Shown here: piece by piece, positions 12,815-26,599 of the stretch
Layout: each line of letters opens with the position of its first letter
Numbering within the stretch: position 1 is the first letter of the stretch
NCBI RefSeq assembly: GCF_030684315.1
Contig: NC_081373.1
Location: forward strand, 28,869,989-28,933,988
Direction: 5' to 3'
Origin: Stegostoma tigrinum
Lineage: Eukaryota
DNA length: 64,000 bases
Position numbers and translations under genes: made by a program
The notes under the pieces: model-generated
Databases searched by the model: none
Told to the model about the DNA's origin: nothing
Seen by the model: the letters and a program-made list of their open reading frames with translations, nothing else

Positions 12815-13149
12815 TAGAATCCGTACAGCGCAGGTAGAGGCCATTTGGGTCATTGAGTCTGCACTGGCCCTTTGAAGAGCATCCTGCACCACCCACACTA
12901 ATCCCATAACCTTGCATTTACCATAGCTAACTCACCTAGTCTGCTCAATCCTGGCCAATACAGGACAATTTAACATGGTTAATCCACCTAACCTGCACAT
13001 CTTTGGACTGTGGGAGGAAATTGGAGCACCTGGAAGAAATCCAGGCAGATGCAGGGACAATGTACAAACTCCACACAGACCGTCATCCAAGGCTGGAATT
13101 AAATGCAGGTTCCTGGCACTGTGAGGTAGCAGTGCTAACTACTATACCA
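12815..13149 (-). mobile_element. HE1-type SINE
   Basis: Homologous to 5388-5696 (ccacctaacctgcacatctttggactgtgggaggaaa, caaactccacacagac). Confidence 0.88.
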
Positions 13150-13478
13150 ATAAAATCTGATGTTTCTGACATGTACCAGTGGCATGAGCTGCTCAGTACA
13201 TAATCAGAAAATAACTCTCATATTCATCGGTGTTTTTTATTTTGATATATTTTTATCCTTATACTTCCTCAGGAAGGGAGAGCTTCACTCTGGGGTGTGG
13301 TTCTGGAGGTACTAGCTGCCATCCCCCTTTTATTCACACAGTTAGTCATTATGTTAGAGCTAACACAGTCATTCTGGAGCAATATCACAGTATGATTCAA
13401 CTTTCAACAGAAGTCACTTGATAGTGTATAGGCAATAAAACTCTGAGCTTTATCCTGCCTAACCAATTGCTGCAGTAA

Positions 13479-13830
13479 GGGAGGCAGTGTCCGAATGGTA
13501 TTGTCATTGGACTGTTAACCCAGAGACCTAGATAACGTTCTGGGGACTTGGGTTCAAATCCTGCCATGACAGATGGTAGAATTGGAATTCAATAAATATC
13601 TGGAATTAAGAGTCTAGTGATGATTGAGAATCCATTGTGAATTGTTGGGGAAAACCCACCTGGTTCACTATTGCCCTTTAGGGGAGGAAACTGCCATCCT
13701 TACCTGTACCAACCTACATGTGACTCCAGACCCACAGCAATGTGATTGACTCTTAACTGCCATCTGGGTAGTTAGGGATGGACAATATATGCTGCTTAGC
13801 CAGTGACACCCTCATCTTGTGAATGAATAA
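13479..13830 (+). mobile_element. Full-length tRNA-derived SINE with L2-like tail
   Basis: A box ggcagtgtccgaatgg, B box gggttcaaatcc, 3' end catcttgtgaatgaataaa. Further copies at 11680 and 57119. Confidence 0.85.
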
Positions 13831-15099
13831 AGGAACTCCTGTTGGGAACAGGAAAGCTAGCATTGAGTACAGATCATGACTGTGAACTTTCTGGTTTACC
13901 TAAGGAGCCATAGGAAAGCTGCTACCATTAAAGTCAGACCGCTTTGGGAGAGGGACTAACTATATTTGTCCGAACATACTGAGAAGTCCCGCACGATTGT
14001 CATCAAAACGGCATTATGGATGATTAATATGATCATTTTCAAAGTGATTCACATTATTGAATCATGTGTTGTATCACATTCCAGAGGATTTGTCAAACAC
14101 TTCAATTTGATAATGCTCGTCTTGAAACATTGGGCTCAGTTTGGTAGCTACTGTCAATTAGGAAATACAGACCAAATTTTCAAGTCAGAAAAAATCTCAA
14201 ATCTGCAAACTAACTTGGGAGGAAGTATCCCACATTGCTGGAATTGGGGTTGGGGCAGATACTAATTGGAGTCAGTACTGTCACCTTATACCTGGAAATT
14301 GTTCAGAGGCACATGCAAGGGCTGCCAGGCATTGAAGAGGAGTGGTTAACAGGCATAGCATATTGCTATGGGATTTTGTCCCATTGTCGAAGAGCCAATA
14401 AATTATGAACAGCCCTTGAGCTCCTACTCCACCATGCTCCATCCCTGACAACTAATGTCATGGTCTCATGGCATACATCCCACCCTCCATTGCCTATTAT
14501 ACAGTATATGAAAGCTTATGTTCCTCCACGCCTCCTTTCCAAGGTCCTTTATATCCTCCATACAAAGTTAATGTCACCCCATGCCACCCCATGTCACCCC
14601 TCTCATCCTGCTAACCCATTCTAATTAAATGGCAACTCATGCCTACTCATGACCCTTGGACCTTACAACTCCATGTCATCTCAACCAGTATGCGCCATGG
14701 GCAAACATAAGGACCAATAGTGAAATAAAACACAGTTCACTATATTAACAGGAACTTATTGACAAATGCCCAATCAATACAGTTAAATCTCTTCAAGCAC
14801 TTAATCCCTACAAAAACAACATTTTCTTCACAACCTCAATCCCTTTTAAAAACAAACATTCATATTTATAGCCCCACATCAAAGACAGTTAATCTCTTCA
14901 GGATCACTTCTAACTTCCAATAAAACTGTGTATTTATAGACTGCCACCACCCCATTCCCTCCCATCAATTGTGTGTGTCATTTTGGATAAGACACGGAGC
15001 CCATCCGATTCAGAAAAATTCAGACCTAAGCGTCCAATCACCAAAATCTAAATGAGCACATAATCTAAGTTGGCACTTCATTGCAGCATGTTGCCTTTT

Positions 15100-15235
15100 A
15101 AATGAGAGACAGAACTGTCCATGCCATCATTCAAAGGGCAAGATGGCATCTTCACAGCGTCCTGGCCAATGTTCTTTCGAACAGTATTTCAAAAATAGAT
15201 TTTAGTCATTCATTTCAATTGCTGTTCTGGTGACT
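15100..15235 (+). mobile_element. Deu-domain SINE fragment
   Basis: gtcctggccaat...aaaatagattttagtcatt...attgctgtt resembles the DeuSINE central domain also seen at 44755-45280. Confidence 0.45.
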
Positions 15236-15845
15236 AATCGTTCACGAATAGTCTGCTGCATATTCCAGCATGATAATTTTCATTACACTGTAAAAGTAAT
15301 TATGGATTTCCTTAAGATATATTGAGGACTCGTGTTTTTTTTCACTGTTTCTTGGAAATATTTATAATGGAAAATTTGTTTTGATAATGTCGTTAGCAAG
15401 AAGGGAGCATAAAAATGGGGGAGTAAGGTACTGGAGGAATGTTGCATTTGGCATCTGATCTGAGTAGGAGAGCACTGATACATGATTTCTGTTTCCTCCT
15501 GGTGGCCATATAAAGGGAGTGTTGTTAAGAGGCTGATTCCTAGCTTTAGGCTTTCAAAGCATTTGCTTGAGTCAGAAAATTCCCTGACTTGCCAGGCCCA
15601 CTTTGGAAAAGTGTGTTTTGAAAATCAAAATTTTCACTCTAGATAGAGTTGGGCTTACTGACACTGGAGGTAGAATATAAAGGGTCTGGAGGAGGGCCAA
15701 GATGGGCTAGCTAGGAGGGTTGGCCCAGGTCTCTGGGCCTTTACCCCTGTGTTTCAGAAGTTGTTATGCCTTGTAGATGTCACCACTTATACCCCTTCAT
15801 TTCCATACAGCCTCCATGGTCTCTCATTATCCCTTCATGCAAACT

Positions 15846-16264
15846 CTTGTATACTCTTGAGTTTAGAAGGATGAGAGGGGATCTGATTGAGACGTATAAG
15901 ATTATTAAGGGATTGGACACTGAGGAGGCAGGAAGCATGTTTCCGCTGATGGGTGAGTCCAGGACCAGAGGACACAGTTTAAAAATAAGGGGTAGGCCAT
16001 TTAGAACAGAGTTGAGGAAAAACGTCTTCACCCAGAGAGTGGTGGATATATGGAATGCTCTGCCCCAGAAGGCAGTGGAGGCCAACTCTCTGGATGCTTT
16101 CAAGAAAGAGATAGACAGAACTCTTAAAGATAGTGGAATCAAGGGTTATGGGGATAAGGCAGGAACAGGAAACTGATTGTGGATGATCAGCCATGATCAT
16201 AATGAATGGTGGTGCTGGCTCGAAGGGCCAAATGGCCTACTCCAGCACCTATTGTCTATAGTCT
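15846..16264 (+). mobile_element. CR1 LINE 3' fragment
   Basis: ORF 15766-16176 contains LEFRRMRGDLIETYKI...RTRGHSLK...FTQRVVDIWNALP. 3' UTR hairpin gctggctcgaagggcc and tail ctattgtctatagtct. Confidence 0.93.
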
Positions 16265-19200
16265 CCAAAGCCACCCATTTTGCATCCACAGGAGCAGATC
16301 TTAGAAACTAAGTGATAGCCTGAGTACTTCTGATTCTCTTCTCACCTATGCCTTTCAATCAAAGCAAGCCGATAGAGGGCTTTTTTTTAAACTCCCGCTG
16401 ACAGCTGAAGCTTGTTCTTCTTTTAGGCTTATAGAATGGGGCTTTTAAAAGCCTTCAGATCATAACAGTTATACAAATCTCATTTGCCTTTAAAGAGCAT
16501 TTGGGTATAATGTGTGGCCCTCTAATTGCAGGTTGAAGTTTTTGCAACAGCCAAATGGACTAACCACAGGTTTCAATGGTCCTGATGAGTTAACTGCATC
16601 CCCCCCCCGTATGAATTTTATCCCAATCCCTGCCTGCAAAAATGGATGTGTCAGAAATTATGCCAGGAATTCAGCAGCTAGGTCTAAATATGTCTTATTT
16701 TGACGTTGTGAAGATTCTGTGAAAATCCAGTGCTGAGAGCAGAATGAAGGCCATATCACTTGGCTTCAGACATCAAAACAGATGGATGAGGAAAGAGAAA
16801 AGTAAGGACAGAATATCAGTCTGTTCCATAGTGTGAAAATAATCACAGTTGTTTACTTAATATTAGCTGTTTGGCACTGCTGGCAATTTACTCTCTGTTG
16901 ATCCCTAAAATGATACATCTTAATTATTTCTCAAAGAGCTCCAGTGATTTGAAAGTTAATAGCTCTAACTTTGTTTGAAGTCAAAACATTCCAACAAAAA
17001 AAGATAATAAAGTATTATTGACAACAGTTTCAGATCCATTCTCAACAGGGGAAAGTGTTCTCAAAAATGATAGGTTTATCACTCCCAAGAAAGCCCTGAT
17101 GGTTGACTTCAAAATAGTAATTGAGTTTGGTACTGAAGACCTGAACAAATAATATTAATTAAATAATTATAATGTGAATTTTGGCATCAAACGGTGAAGA
17201 TGGCCTGGGGTTCCTCATTATTTAAATGCTCATAAGTGCTTTATATATTATGCTCATTTAAGCTTTTCTGAAAATAATAAAAAAAATCTTAACCTCACTG
17301 TAAATGAACCTGTCAGGTCAATGGTAGTTTCAGGGCCTGAGAAATTAACTGGAAACTACTCCTTAGTTGCCACAATTGATGACCTAATTGTGCTATCAGA
17401 AACATATTTTCATGGTTCATTAATTACATTTGTGGTGTGCAAACAGTTTGTTTATTTTGTATTGACAATGGTTAAAATCTGCTTAATGTATCTTTGTTCA
17501 TAGACATGTTCGTGATGCTAATAGAAACAGTGTTTTTTCAAAATTCTTGAACATTTTCCAGACTTGCATCTAAAGTCCATCTCCCACTTGAACAGGTCAC
17601 AGCACAATATCTGCTCCATTGGGTCTCCAATTATATGGATCAGAATTTAGGTATTTTTACTGCACAAAATGTTTAAAAATCCTATCAAACATGTATTCCA
17701 TATGTTCTTTTAGCTCTTGTTTTATATTTGGCAATAATAGGTTTTTAGGCCAATATTAAAGGAATAAGCAGAACTACTAGTTTATAATGACTAAATAACT
17801 GAATTCTTTCTGTTAAATTGTATGGAATTCCAGGATTTTAATTCGATTTTTGGTCACATTCCTTGGTTCTGACTTTTTGTGAAAATTACAAACTAATTGC
17901 CTTGCTAAAGAATGGAATGGAAACGATCGACGGCACACAATGACTCAATCACATTATATGTAAGGACACTGTTTTAGGATGTATTACAACTGCTGGATGA
18001 TGGCTGGTAGCTTGTTTATCAGATAATATAAAGAAGGCTTGATGTTCATTAAACTATGGGAATATTCCATGATCCTGTTCACCCAGTCATTTAGAAAGGG
18101 ATACAAGAGTTTGAAACTATTCCGTACAAATTGAGAATGGCCTCACAAGTGCTGTGTATATTTTACAGCAGTCTTAATTCCGTCTTTTGTGTTAATGATA
18201 ACTGCACATTTGACAGTCCGTAGTTACTGTGAACTGTTTTGAGCTACTTAATGTCTGTGTGACCTCAGGGCTATGGGTGCAGTTAGCTCTTCCTGCAATT
18301 AGTATTCATGGTTACCTAAGCAGAACTAATGCAGCAAATCTCTTTTACTTTGAGGTTTGCATTTCAAGATTTGATGCCTTTAGGACAATTTGACTTAGCA
18401 GACAGGAACTCGACATTTTCTCTTTGCTTCTTCATAAATATTTACTTTTAAGACTAAACCCTTGAATAAATATTTTTGGTTAATATGGAAATCCTTATTA
18501 CTTCAGAGAGAAAAAACTACAACAGCCCATTCACAATTCATGATTATGCAGACTATTTCATAACACCGACTAACAAATAACAGAACTCAAACAATATGCA
18601 ATTTTGCCATTAACGCAATAGCTGTTTAAGAACAATATCATTTTAACTCATTATTTGGAATTGTCAAAGCAGAAATTATAGTTGATCTTTTTAATACTGT
18701 ATTTATCATTTTTCTGATCCACATGGCTGCTTTCTCTGTTAATGTACAAGAAGGTAAGATTAGAATTCAGATAGTGAATTACTTCCAAGGATTCAGCAAG
18801 ATTTTTAATGAAAAGATGAGGCATTGTAACCAGACAGGGCTCAGATTGATCTGTGATCTAGATTGAGATTAGTTCATGTCAGCCAGGGTTACAATGAAGC
18901 CAGTATTAATAGGTTAGGGAGGAGTAAATTAGATAGGAATCCTTCTTACATATAAACCATAGACTCCTACTTTAGCTGTCGTGTATATGTGTGGGCACCG
19001 AGTAGCAGCAGAATTGGATATATCTGTGATTCTTGCAAACCCCTCCCCCATCAGTAACCAGAAACGCAAGGCCTGTTGAACTTCACCATCAGGGCTCAAA
19101 CTTGGAAGTCTACTTGGGTCAGCTTCAGGACAGCAACAACTGACCTGTGTAGCTGAATTATCTGGGAGCCAACGCAATCCAAGCCAAATACATATGCAGT

Positions 19201-20140
19201 AAGTGTCTGCAGCTTGAGGACCTCTGGTTCAGAAACAATGGGCAGAATCTCATAGATGTCTGAACAATGGGTTATGGTGAGACATGCGACAGAATCAGGC
19301 AAAAAGACTGGTGAGACCAAAATCATTGCCTCTTTTTTGTTTTTCATAAGCCGCACCATGGGTTTCTTACCAGGCAGTGGTATGTTGCCAATTAAAGGGC
19401 ATTATTGCTCATTAGACATCTTTTTTTTCTGGCCCAACTTACCTCATTAATATTTATCTTTCTACAGATTGGACCATCAGTATCTCATGGCTGCTCCCTT
19501 CCTCTCTTAGCATTCACTCACTTAGCACCTTCCTGCATGCTGGCAGTACCCATGCCTTCCCTTGCTTTGTTTACCTTGCTTGTTAGTGCACTGGCTCTTC
19601 AGCCAGAGCCAAAGGATTTCAATATTGCTACACAGAGGTGTGCCTTCATATATTCACAGGTAGGTTTAGATTGCTTATCAATAAGGATATGACATTAGTG
19701 GGGGCGGGGGTCGGTGGGCAGGGGTATCTTGCTGCACAATACATTGAGAAGACAATGTAACATTCACACATACCTGAATGGCAAACACACTCTGCATTTA
19801 TTCCATCAAATGGCCACATCAGAAACTGGGTGTGGGCCAGGCTTCAGACCCATCAAACTGGAGTTGGGGTGTCAGGGTAAGGATGGCACATTGTGGGCGG
19901 GTAAGTCACTGTCTGTCGGGGCTTGGTACTGTCAGTTGCAGGCACAATCTACACATGGTCCAAGGTCTTCATCACGGTCAGTCATCTACTTGGGATGCTC
20001 AGAGGCAGGGGATCTGTCCCGGTACAATCTGGGGTCAGTCATGTAGTGTCAGGGGAATCATATTGTCAGTAGGGGAGCTGCAAACCCAACCTGTTATGTC
20101 TAGATGCTGATTGCCATTGTGCTACAACATGCTATAAACG

Positions 20141-22705
20141 GTGGCTGAAAGAACTTTTGATGAGGACTCGTCTACTGAGGTTGCTGAGGAAGGTTTGTCG
20201 ACTGAGTCAGTATGGGTAGAAGTTAGGAACAGCAAGGGAGCAGTCACCTCATTGGGGGTTTTCTACAGACCCCCAAACAGCAGCAGGGAGATTGAAGAAC
20301 TCATTGGCCAGCAGATTGTTGAAAAGTGCAAACGTAGCAGGGTTGTTGTCATGGGCGACTTCAACTTTCCCAATATTGATTGGAACCTCCTTAGTGCAGA
20401 TGGTTTGGATGGAGCCGTTTTTATCAGGTGTGTTCAGGAGGGATTCCTTACTCAGTATGTGGACAGGCCAATGAGGGGGGAGGCCATTTTGGATTTGGTG
20501 CTCGGCAATGAGCCAGGACAGGTGTCAGATGTCACGGTGGGAGAACATTTTGGCGACAGTAACCACAACAGCCTCACATTTACCGTAGCCATGGACAGGG
20601 AAAGGAGCAGTTCCCAGGGGAAGCTATTTAACTGGAGAAAAGGAAACTATGACGCTATCAGGCAGGAGTTGGGAAGTACAGATTGGGAGCAATTGTTCCA
20701 CAGAAAGGGCACAGCAGACATGTGGACACTGTTCAAGGAGCAGTTGTTGCGAGAGATGCATAAATTTGTTCCTCTGAGACAGGTAAGAAGGGGTAAGATT
20801 AAGGAGCCTTGGATGACGGGAACAGAGGTGCTTCTTGTCAAAAAGAAAAAGGCAGCTTACGTAAGGTGGAGGAAGCAAGGGTCTAGTACAGCTTTAGAGG
20901 ATTACAGGCTTGCTCGGAAGGAGCTCAAAAGTGGACAGAGGATGGCCAGGAGGAGGCACGAAAAAGGCTCGGCAGGAAGGATTAGGGAGAACCCGAAGGC
21001 ATTCTACTTACACGTGAGGAATAAGAGAATGATCAGGGAGAAGGTAGGGCCGATCAGGGATAACGGGGGGAACTTGTGCGTGGAGTCTGAGCAGATAGGA
21101 GAAGCCCTAAATGAGTTTTTTGCTTTGGTTTTCACTAAGGAAAGGGACCTTGTTGTGAATGAGAACTTTGAGGAGCAGGAAAACAGGCTTGAACAGATCG
21201 AGATTGAGGAAGTTGATGTGCTGGAAAGTTTGGCAAATATTAAGATTGATAAGTCCCCAGGGCCAGACCAGATTTATCCGAGGTTGCTCCGGGAAGCGAG
21301 AAAGGAGGTTGCTAAGCCGTTGGCGAAGATCTTTGCTTCCTCACTCTCCACGGGAGTCGTACCAGAAGATTGGAGGGAGGCAAATGTTGTTCCTCTTTTC
21401 AAGAAAGGGAATAGGGAAATCCCTGGAAATTACAGACCAATCAGTCTTACGTCTGTGGTCAGCAAGGTTTTGGAAAGAATTCTGAGGGATAGGATTTATG
21501 ACTATTTGGAAAAGCATAGCGTGATTAAAGGGAGTCAGCATGGCTTTGTGAGGGGCAGGTCATGCCTCACAAATCTTATTGAGTTCTTTGAGGAGGCCAG
21601 GAGATAGGTTGACGAGGGTTGAGCAGTGGATGTGGTGTACATGGACTTCAGCAAGGCGCTTGATAAGGTTCCCCACAGCAGGCTCAGGAGGTATGGGATA
21701 CAGGGTGATTTGGCTGTCTGGATTCAGAATTGGTTGGGTGACAGGAAACAGAGAGTGGTTGTAGATGGTAAGTATTCTGCCTGGAGGTCAGTGCTGAGTG
21801 GTGGCCCACAGGGATCTGTTCTTGGGCCTCTGCTCTTTGTAGTTTTTATAAATGGCTTGGATGAGGAGGTTGAGGGGCGGGTTAGTATGGTTGCTGATGA
21901 CACAAAGGTTGGAGGTGCCGTTGATAGTATTGAGGGCTATTGCAGGCTTCAGTGAGGCATTGACAGTATGCAGAACTGGGCTGAGAAATGGCAGATGGAG
22001 TTCAACCTGGATAAATGCGAGGTGATACGTTTTGGAAGGTCAAACTTAAATGCTGAATATAGGATTAAAGGCAGGATTTTCGGCAGTGTGGAGGAACAGC
22101 GGGGTCTTGGTGTTCAAGTGCATAGCTCCCTCAAAGTTGCCACCTAAGCGGATAAGATTGTTAAGTTTGCATATGGTGTTTTGGCTTTCATTAACAGGGG
22201 GATTGAGTTTAAGAGCTGCGAGGTTATGCTGCAGCTGTACAAAACCCTGGTGAGACCACACTTGGAATATTGTGTCCAGTTCTGGTCACCCTATTATGGG
22301 AAAGATGTGGAGGCTTTGGAGATGGTGCAAAGGAGGTTTACCAGGATGCTGCCTGGACTGGAGGGCTTGTCTTACGAGGAGAGGTTGACTGAGCTCGGAC
22401 TTTTCTCTCTGGAGAGAAGGAGGAAGAGAGGTGACCTGATCGAGGTGTACAAAGTAATGAGAGGCATGGATAGAGTCGATAGCCAGAGACTTTTCCCCAG
22501 GGCAGGATTGGCTGCCACGAGGGGTCATAGTTTTAAGGTGTTAGGAGGAAGGTATAGAGGAGACATCAGAGGGAGGTTCTTCACCCAGAGAGTTGTGAGC
22601 GCATGGAATACTTTGCCAGTGGTAGTCGTGGAAGCGGGGTCATTAGTGACATTTAAGCGACTGCTGGACATGCACATGGACAGCAGTGAATTGAGGGGAA
22701 TGTAG
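20141..22705 (+). pseudogene. CR1 ORF2 (endonuclease/reverse transcriptase), disrupted
   Basis: Motifs YRPPNS, MGDFN, LDLVL, GDSNH, KSPGPD, NYRPISLTS, QHGF, DFSKALDKV, GPQGSVLGP, VADD and RGDLIEVYK are spread over ORFs 20141-21607, 21626-21955 and 22181-22705, separated by stops. Confidence 0.93.
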
Positions 22706-22805
22706 GTTAGGTTACTTTATTTTTGGATTAGGATTATTCCACGGCACAACATTGTGGGCCGAAGGGCCTGTACTGTGCTGTACTTTTCTATGTTCTATGT
22801 TCTAA
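20141..22805 (+). mobile_element. CR1 (HER1-like) LINE, 5'-truncated, 2.66 kb
   Basis: ORF2 pieces run from the APE C-terminal half to the RT and C-terminus. 3' UTR gggccgaagggcct and (ttctatg)n tail ending at about 22805. Confidence 0.96.
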
Positions 22806-23233
22806 GTGCTCACTCGAACTAAAGACCCACTCCCCGCCATGGACAGGACCAATGTCACCTACAAGATCACCTACAGAGACTGCGAGAAACACTACATCGG
22901 ACGAACAGGTAAGAAACTAAAAACAAGAGCATATGAACACCAAGTGGCTACAAAAAGACACAATCAATACTCACTCATCTCAATCCACATGGACAAGAAG
23001 AACCATGACTGTGACTGGGACAACACCAAGATCCTGGGACACGCTAGGCAGAGGCAAGCACGAGAATTCCTGGAAGCATGGCACTCCATGAAGCAGGCTA
23101 TTAATAAACACATTGAACTCGGCCCCATTTACATTCCACTATGGAGGAAACCCAGGAGCGAGGCAATCCATCGCAACGGACCCCAGAGTTTAAAAGCCAG
23201 GCAGGAAAACACACCAACGCTTCATCAGAAGCT

Positions 23234-23273
23234 GCACTGAGGATGTTACCCAGCATGGTAATGAAACATCTGC
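23234..23273 (+). ncRNA. Minimal type I hammerhead ribozyme motif (probably decayed)
   Basis: gca-CTGAGGA-t-gttacc-cagcat-ggtaat-GAAA-catc-tgc. Stems I and II pair. The stem III palindrome acgt has become acat. Confidence 0.7.
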
Positions 23274-24149
23274 GGAACAACAAACCAGCTCAGTGAGCCA
23301 ACCAACCTCAACACCCACAACCCAAGCTACAGATCTACTCCAAAACCTTAGAGCTGATTGTCATAGTTGGTCTGAGCTCTGGGATGAATACAGTCCTTGG
23401 TTTCTGTCTGTTGATACTTCAGAATGTTTTGGGTGCCTGTAGGGGCAGTGAAGGGATCACTGCCAGGAGGGGTTGGGGTCAAATCTGGGGGAGAAGCAGA
23501 GGCATTTGTTGAGGTTGAAACAAGCACAATGACAGGGGGAAGGTCAGGCTTCATGGGGTGTACACAGAGCTTGGGAGGGCATGATAGGCTACTGGAAGGG
23601 TGGCTATTAGCAATGGCCATCACCATGGCCTCCACAGGGGGAGCATAAGGGAGCAGGGTGGGCATCGTTAAGGTGTGATGGCAAGTTTAGGCTAAGGGCA
23701 GACTGTTGTAAGTGAAGTTCAATGTGGTAGGTTTCCACATCGGGGAATTATGTGTAAATGGGCTTTTGGGGTAGTGCAAAATAAAAGGAGACATGGAATC
23801 TTTGACGAGGTTGAGGGTGGGGTTTGTTACTTGGTAACTAGGCAAGGTCCACTGCTGATAGTATCCATCATGAGCTGCATTCCTTGTCATCGCTTTCTGT
23901 TCTCTAGATGTAAAGTGATACAAGAAAATGGCTGAAAAAACACTCTCTGTGGGTGGAATAAGTGTCAATTTTATGTCTGAATGGTGGGGGGTACATGTTT
24001 GCTGGACTCCAGTGCATTATAGCAGCAAATAATGAATACATTAATTAAAGACCATACAGTAAATCACCCTTAGGTTGACGTGACAGCTGAATTTCGAGTT
24101 TAGTTTAAGGGAGAGAGAAGCTGGTCTTACACTAGCATTTTAAACTTAC

Positions 24150-25578
24150 AGCAAGGAAATTTTGATGGCATGAGGTTAGATATGGCTAAACTGAATCAAG
24201 AAATTATGTTAAAGGATAGGCCGATAGAGCTACAGAGGCAAAAATTTTAAGGAGATATTTCAGAATATTTGGAAAGATACACTCCAGTGAGAAAGGAAGT
24301 CTCTTGGGGAAGGAGATACCTCTGGGGCTAAAAAAGAAAGCTAGTTAGAGATAGTATCAAATCCAAAGAAATAGCATACAGTTGAGTGAAGATTAGTGCT
24401 AAATCAGAAGAGTAGACAGGTTACAAAACAGTAAAGGATGGTTAAAAAGAGAAAAGAATTGAGAGAAAGTTAGCTACAAATATATATTAAAAAAGTAAAA
24501 CTTTCTACAGGTGGTTGAAAAGGAAAAGAGAAGCTAAAGTCTGCATTCATCCTCAAGAGAGTGAGGCTGCAGAATTAATATTGGGAAAGAAAGAAAACAG
24601 ATGTATCAAACAGATGTTTCAAGTCTATCACTGCTGAGGAAGATGTAAATAAGAAAAATAATTGTAAATCAAGAGGTGAAAGGGAGCCAAGAAATCCAAA
24701 CAATTCCAATCACCAGGGAAACGGTACTGAAAAAATTATTCCTACTATAAGCCAACAAGTCCCACGATGTAACAGTCTTCATCCTAAGGCCTTAAAAGAA
24801 ATGGCCACTGCTCTGCATTGGTTGTAATGTTCCAAAATGCCCAAATTCTGGAAAAGTTCCATTAGATTGGAAAGTAGTGAGCAGAGCTCCTCTATTCATG
24901 GAAGCTCTTGTCCAGTTAGCTTAGCTTCTATCATAGGGAAAATATGAGAATCTATTATGAAGGAAATTATAACAGGTTACTGAAACCATCTTAATATGAT
25001 CTGGCAGACCCATCATGGATTTATGAAGGGAAAATTGTGTTTGTGTAGTTTATTACTTTTTGAAAAAGTAACATACCATGTGGATAAAAACAAACAAATT
25101 GATGGGAATTGAACACAAGGTGCTACGTCAAAGGTTACTAGTCAGAATAAGGGGTCGTGGTGTCAGAGGTAACAATAAGACCATAACTAGTAGCAGACGT
25201 AGGCTCACATTCACTACAGTTTAGAAAGATGAGAGGTGACCTGATTGAATCTATTAAAATTTTGAAAGTTCTGCACATACAAGAACCAGGGGACACAGTT
25301 TCAGGATATGGGCCATTTATGATTGAGATGAGGCAAAACGTCTTCACTCAAAGAATAGTGAACGTTTGGAATTTTCTACTACAGAATGCTGTGCAGGCCA
25401 AGTCACTGAAATTATTCAAGAAAGAGAGAGATATATTTTTACACTGAAAAGGCATCAAGGCTTATGGGGAGAAAGCAGGAACATGGCATTGAGAGAAAGA
25501 ATTAGTCATGATCATATCGATTGGCAGATCAGGCTTGAAGGGCCAAATGGAATTCTCCTGTTCCTGGTTTCTGTGTTT
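24150..25578 (+). mobile_element. Old CR1 LINE, heavily decayed with an internal deletion near 25200
   Basis: Decayed motifs gttccattagattggaaagtag (VPxDWK) and catggatttatgaagggaaaa (HGFMKGK). ORF 25229 MRGDLIE...FTQRIVNVWN. CR1-type 3' UTR. Confidence 0.8.
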
Positions 25579-26599
25579 CCATGTCAGAAGGTCCTCAATC
25601 ATGTCAAGGACAATCACCTTCACTAAGGGAGTTCTGGCACAGGAAGTTAACTCCAATATCAGTCCAAGGATTTGGCCATGGACATAAGTACTTGGGGCAG
25701 TCATAGTCAGGATCGTCTCCACATGAGGGAGGTGTGGATCAGGAAATGAGACTAATTCCAAATATTGTTTCTACCTCCATCTTCAGACAGCGTGAAAGAT
25801 CAGATATTACTGGCTGGAGGTCTTCAGCAGCTTGGAAACAAACCTAATGCTGGAGCTAGCATGTTTCAGTTGGAATTGGAGATGGGCTAAGTCCAGGAAG
25901 GGCAGTTGAAAGACCCACTTCCATTCCAAAAAAGAGCTCAGCTCTGTGCTTTTGATGTGATCAGCATCTCACCTTCATACATGTGATCCTTATAACTACA
26001 CCCTTCTTCAATCTAACCCTTCACCCCATCTCTCGTCCATCCTCATATCCTCACCATACCTCTGACCCTATCAACTGCCTGTGCTGTAGTCTTTAATGCT
26101 GAACTGCAAAGAAAATAAAACCATTTTAGTTACCTTTCAAACTCTTCCTGCCTCCAATCAATGGTTCTATAATCGGAAAATACTTGAAATATACTCTCAA
26201 TAAGCTTAGAATGTCTTCTATATATTGACAGTTGGGTTTAGGGTTCTGCACTCTTCCTTATCCTCATGAAAATGGCTGAGGGAGAAAGTCCAGCCCAGGG
26301 AGTTTGTTTAAATCATTTGTATTGGCTTTCAGCAGTGTTTACGTGGAAACAAAAGTTCACCTGATTTATTCTCATATTTAAGATGGGTTAAGATGCCAGC
26401 AGCAGTTATTTGAATCCCAGTTTTTTGTGCATAAGGGTACATGCAGTGTTTACTTAAATGACAGCAGCTATGTTAAATATGTCATCTTCAGGGATGGGAA
26501 TGTGACACCAAAATCATCTGAGATCAGTTAGAGAACTATTAATAGTATAAAGGTAAGAACTGAAGCAACATATAGAACATAGTGAGTGTGTGGTATTAT

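Larger units (their letters stand above)
20118..23352 (+). mobile_element. 5'-truncated Poseidon-like PLE (body 22806-23350) split by a CR1 insertion
   Basis: ORF 22806-23240 is a GIY-YIG domain (NVTYKI..DC..HYIGRTG..L.TR..EH...REFLEAWHS...INKH). Hammerhead at 23234-23273. Candidate TSD gctgattgccat 20106-20117 / gctgattgtcat 23353-23364. Confidence 0.8.

Noticed and set aside
18822-18896. 10-bp inverted repeat cattgtaacc/ggttacaatg
   Set aside because: Short, the interior pairs poorly and there is no TSD; compatible with chance or a decayed SINE.
19714-20110. GC-rich 110-aa ORFs upstream of the CR1
   Set aside because: No recognisable domain; probably an unclassified decayed repeat that I cannot assign.
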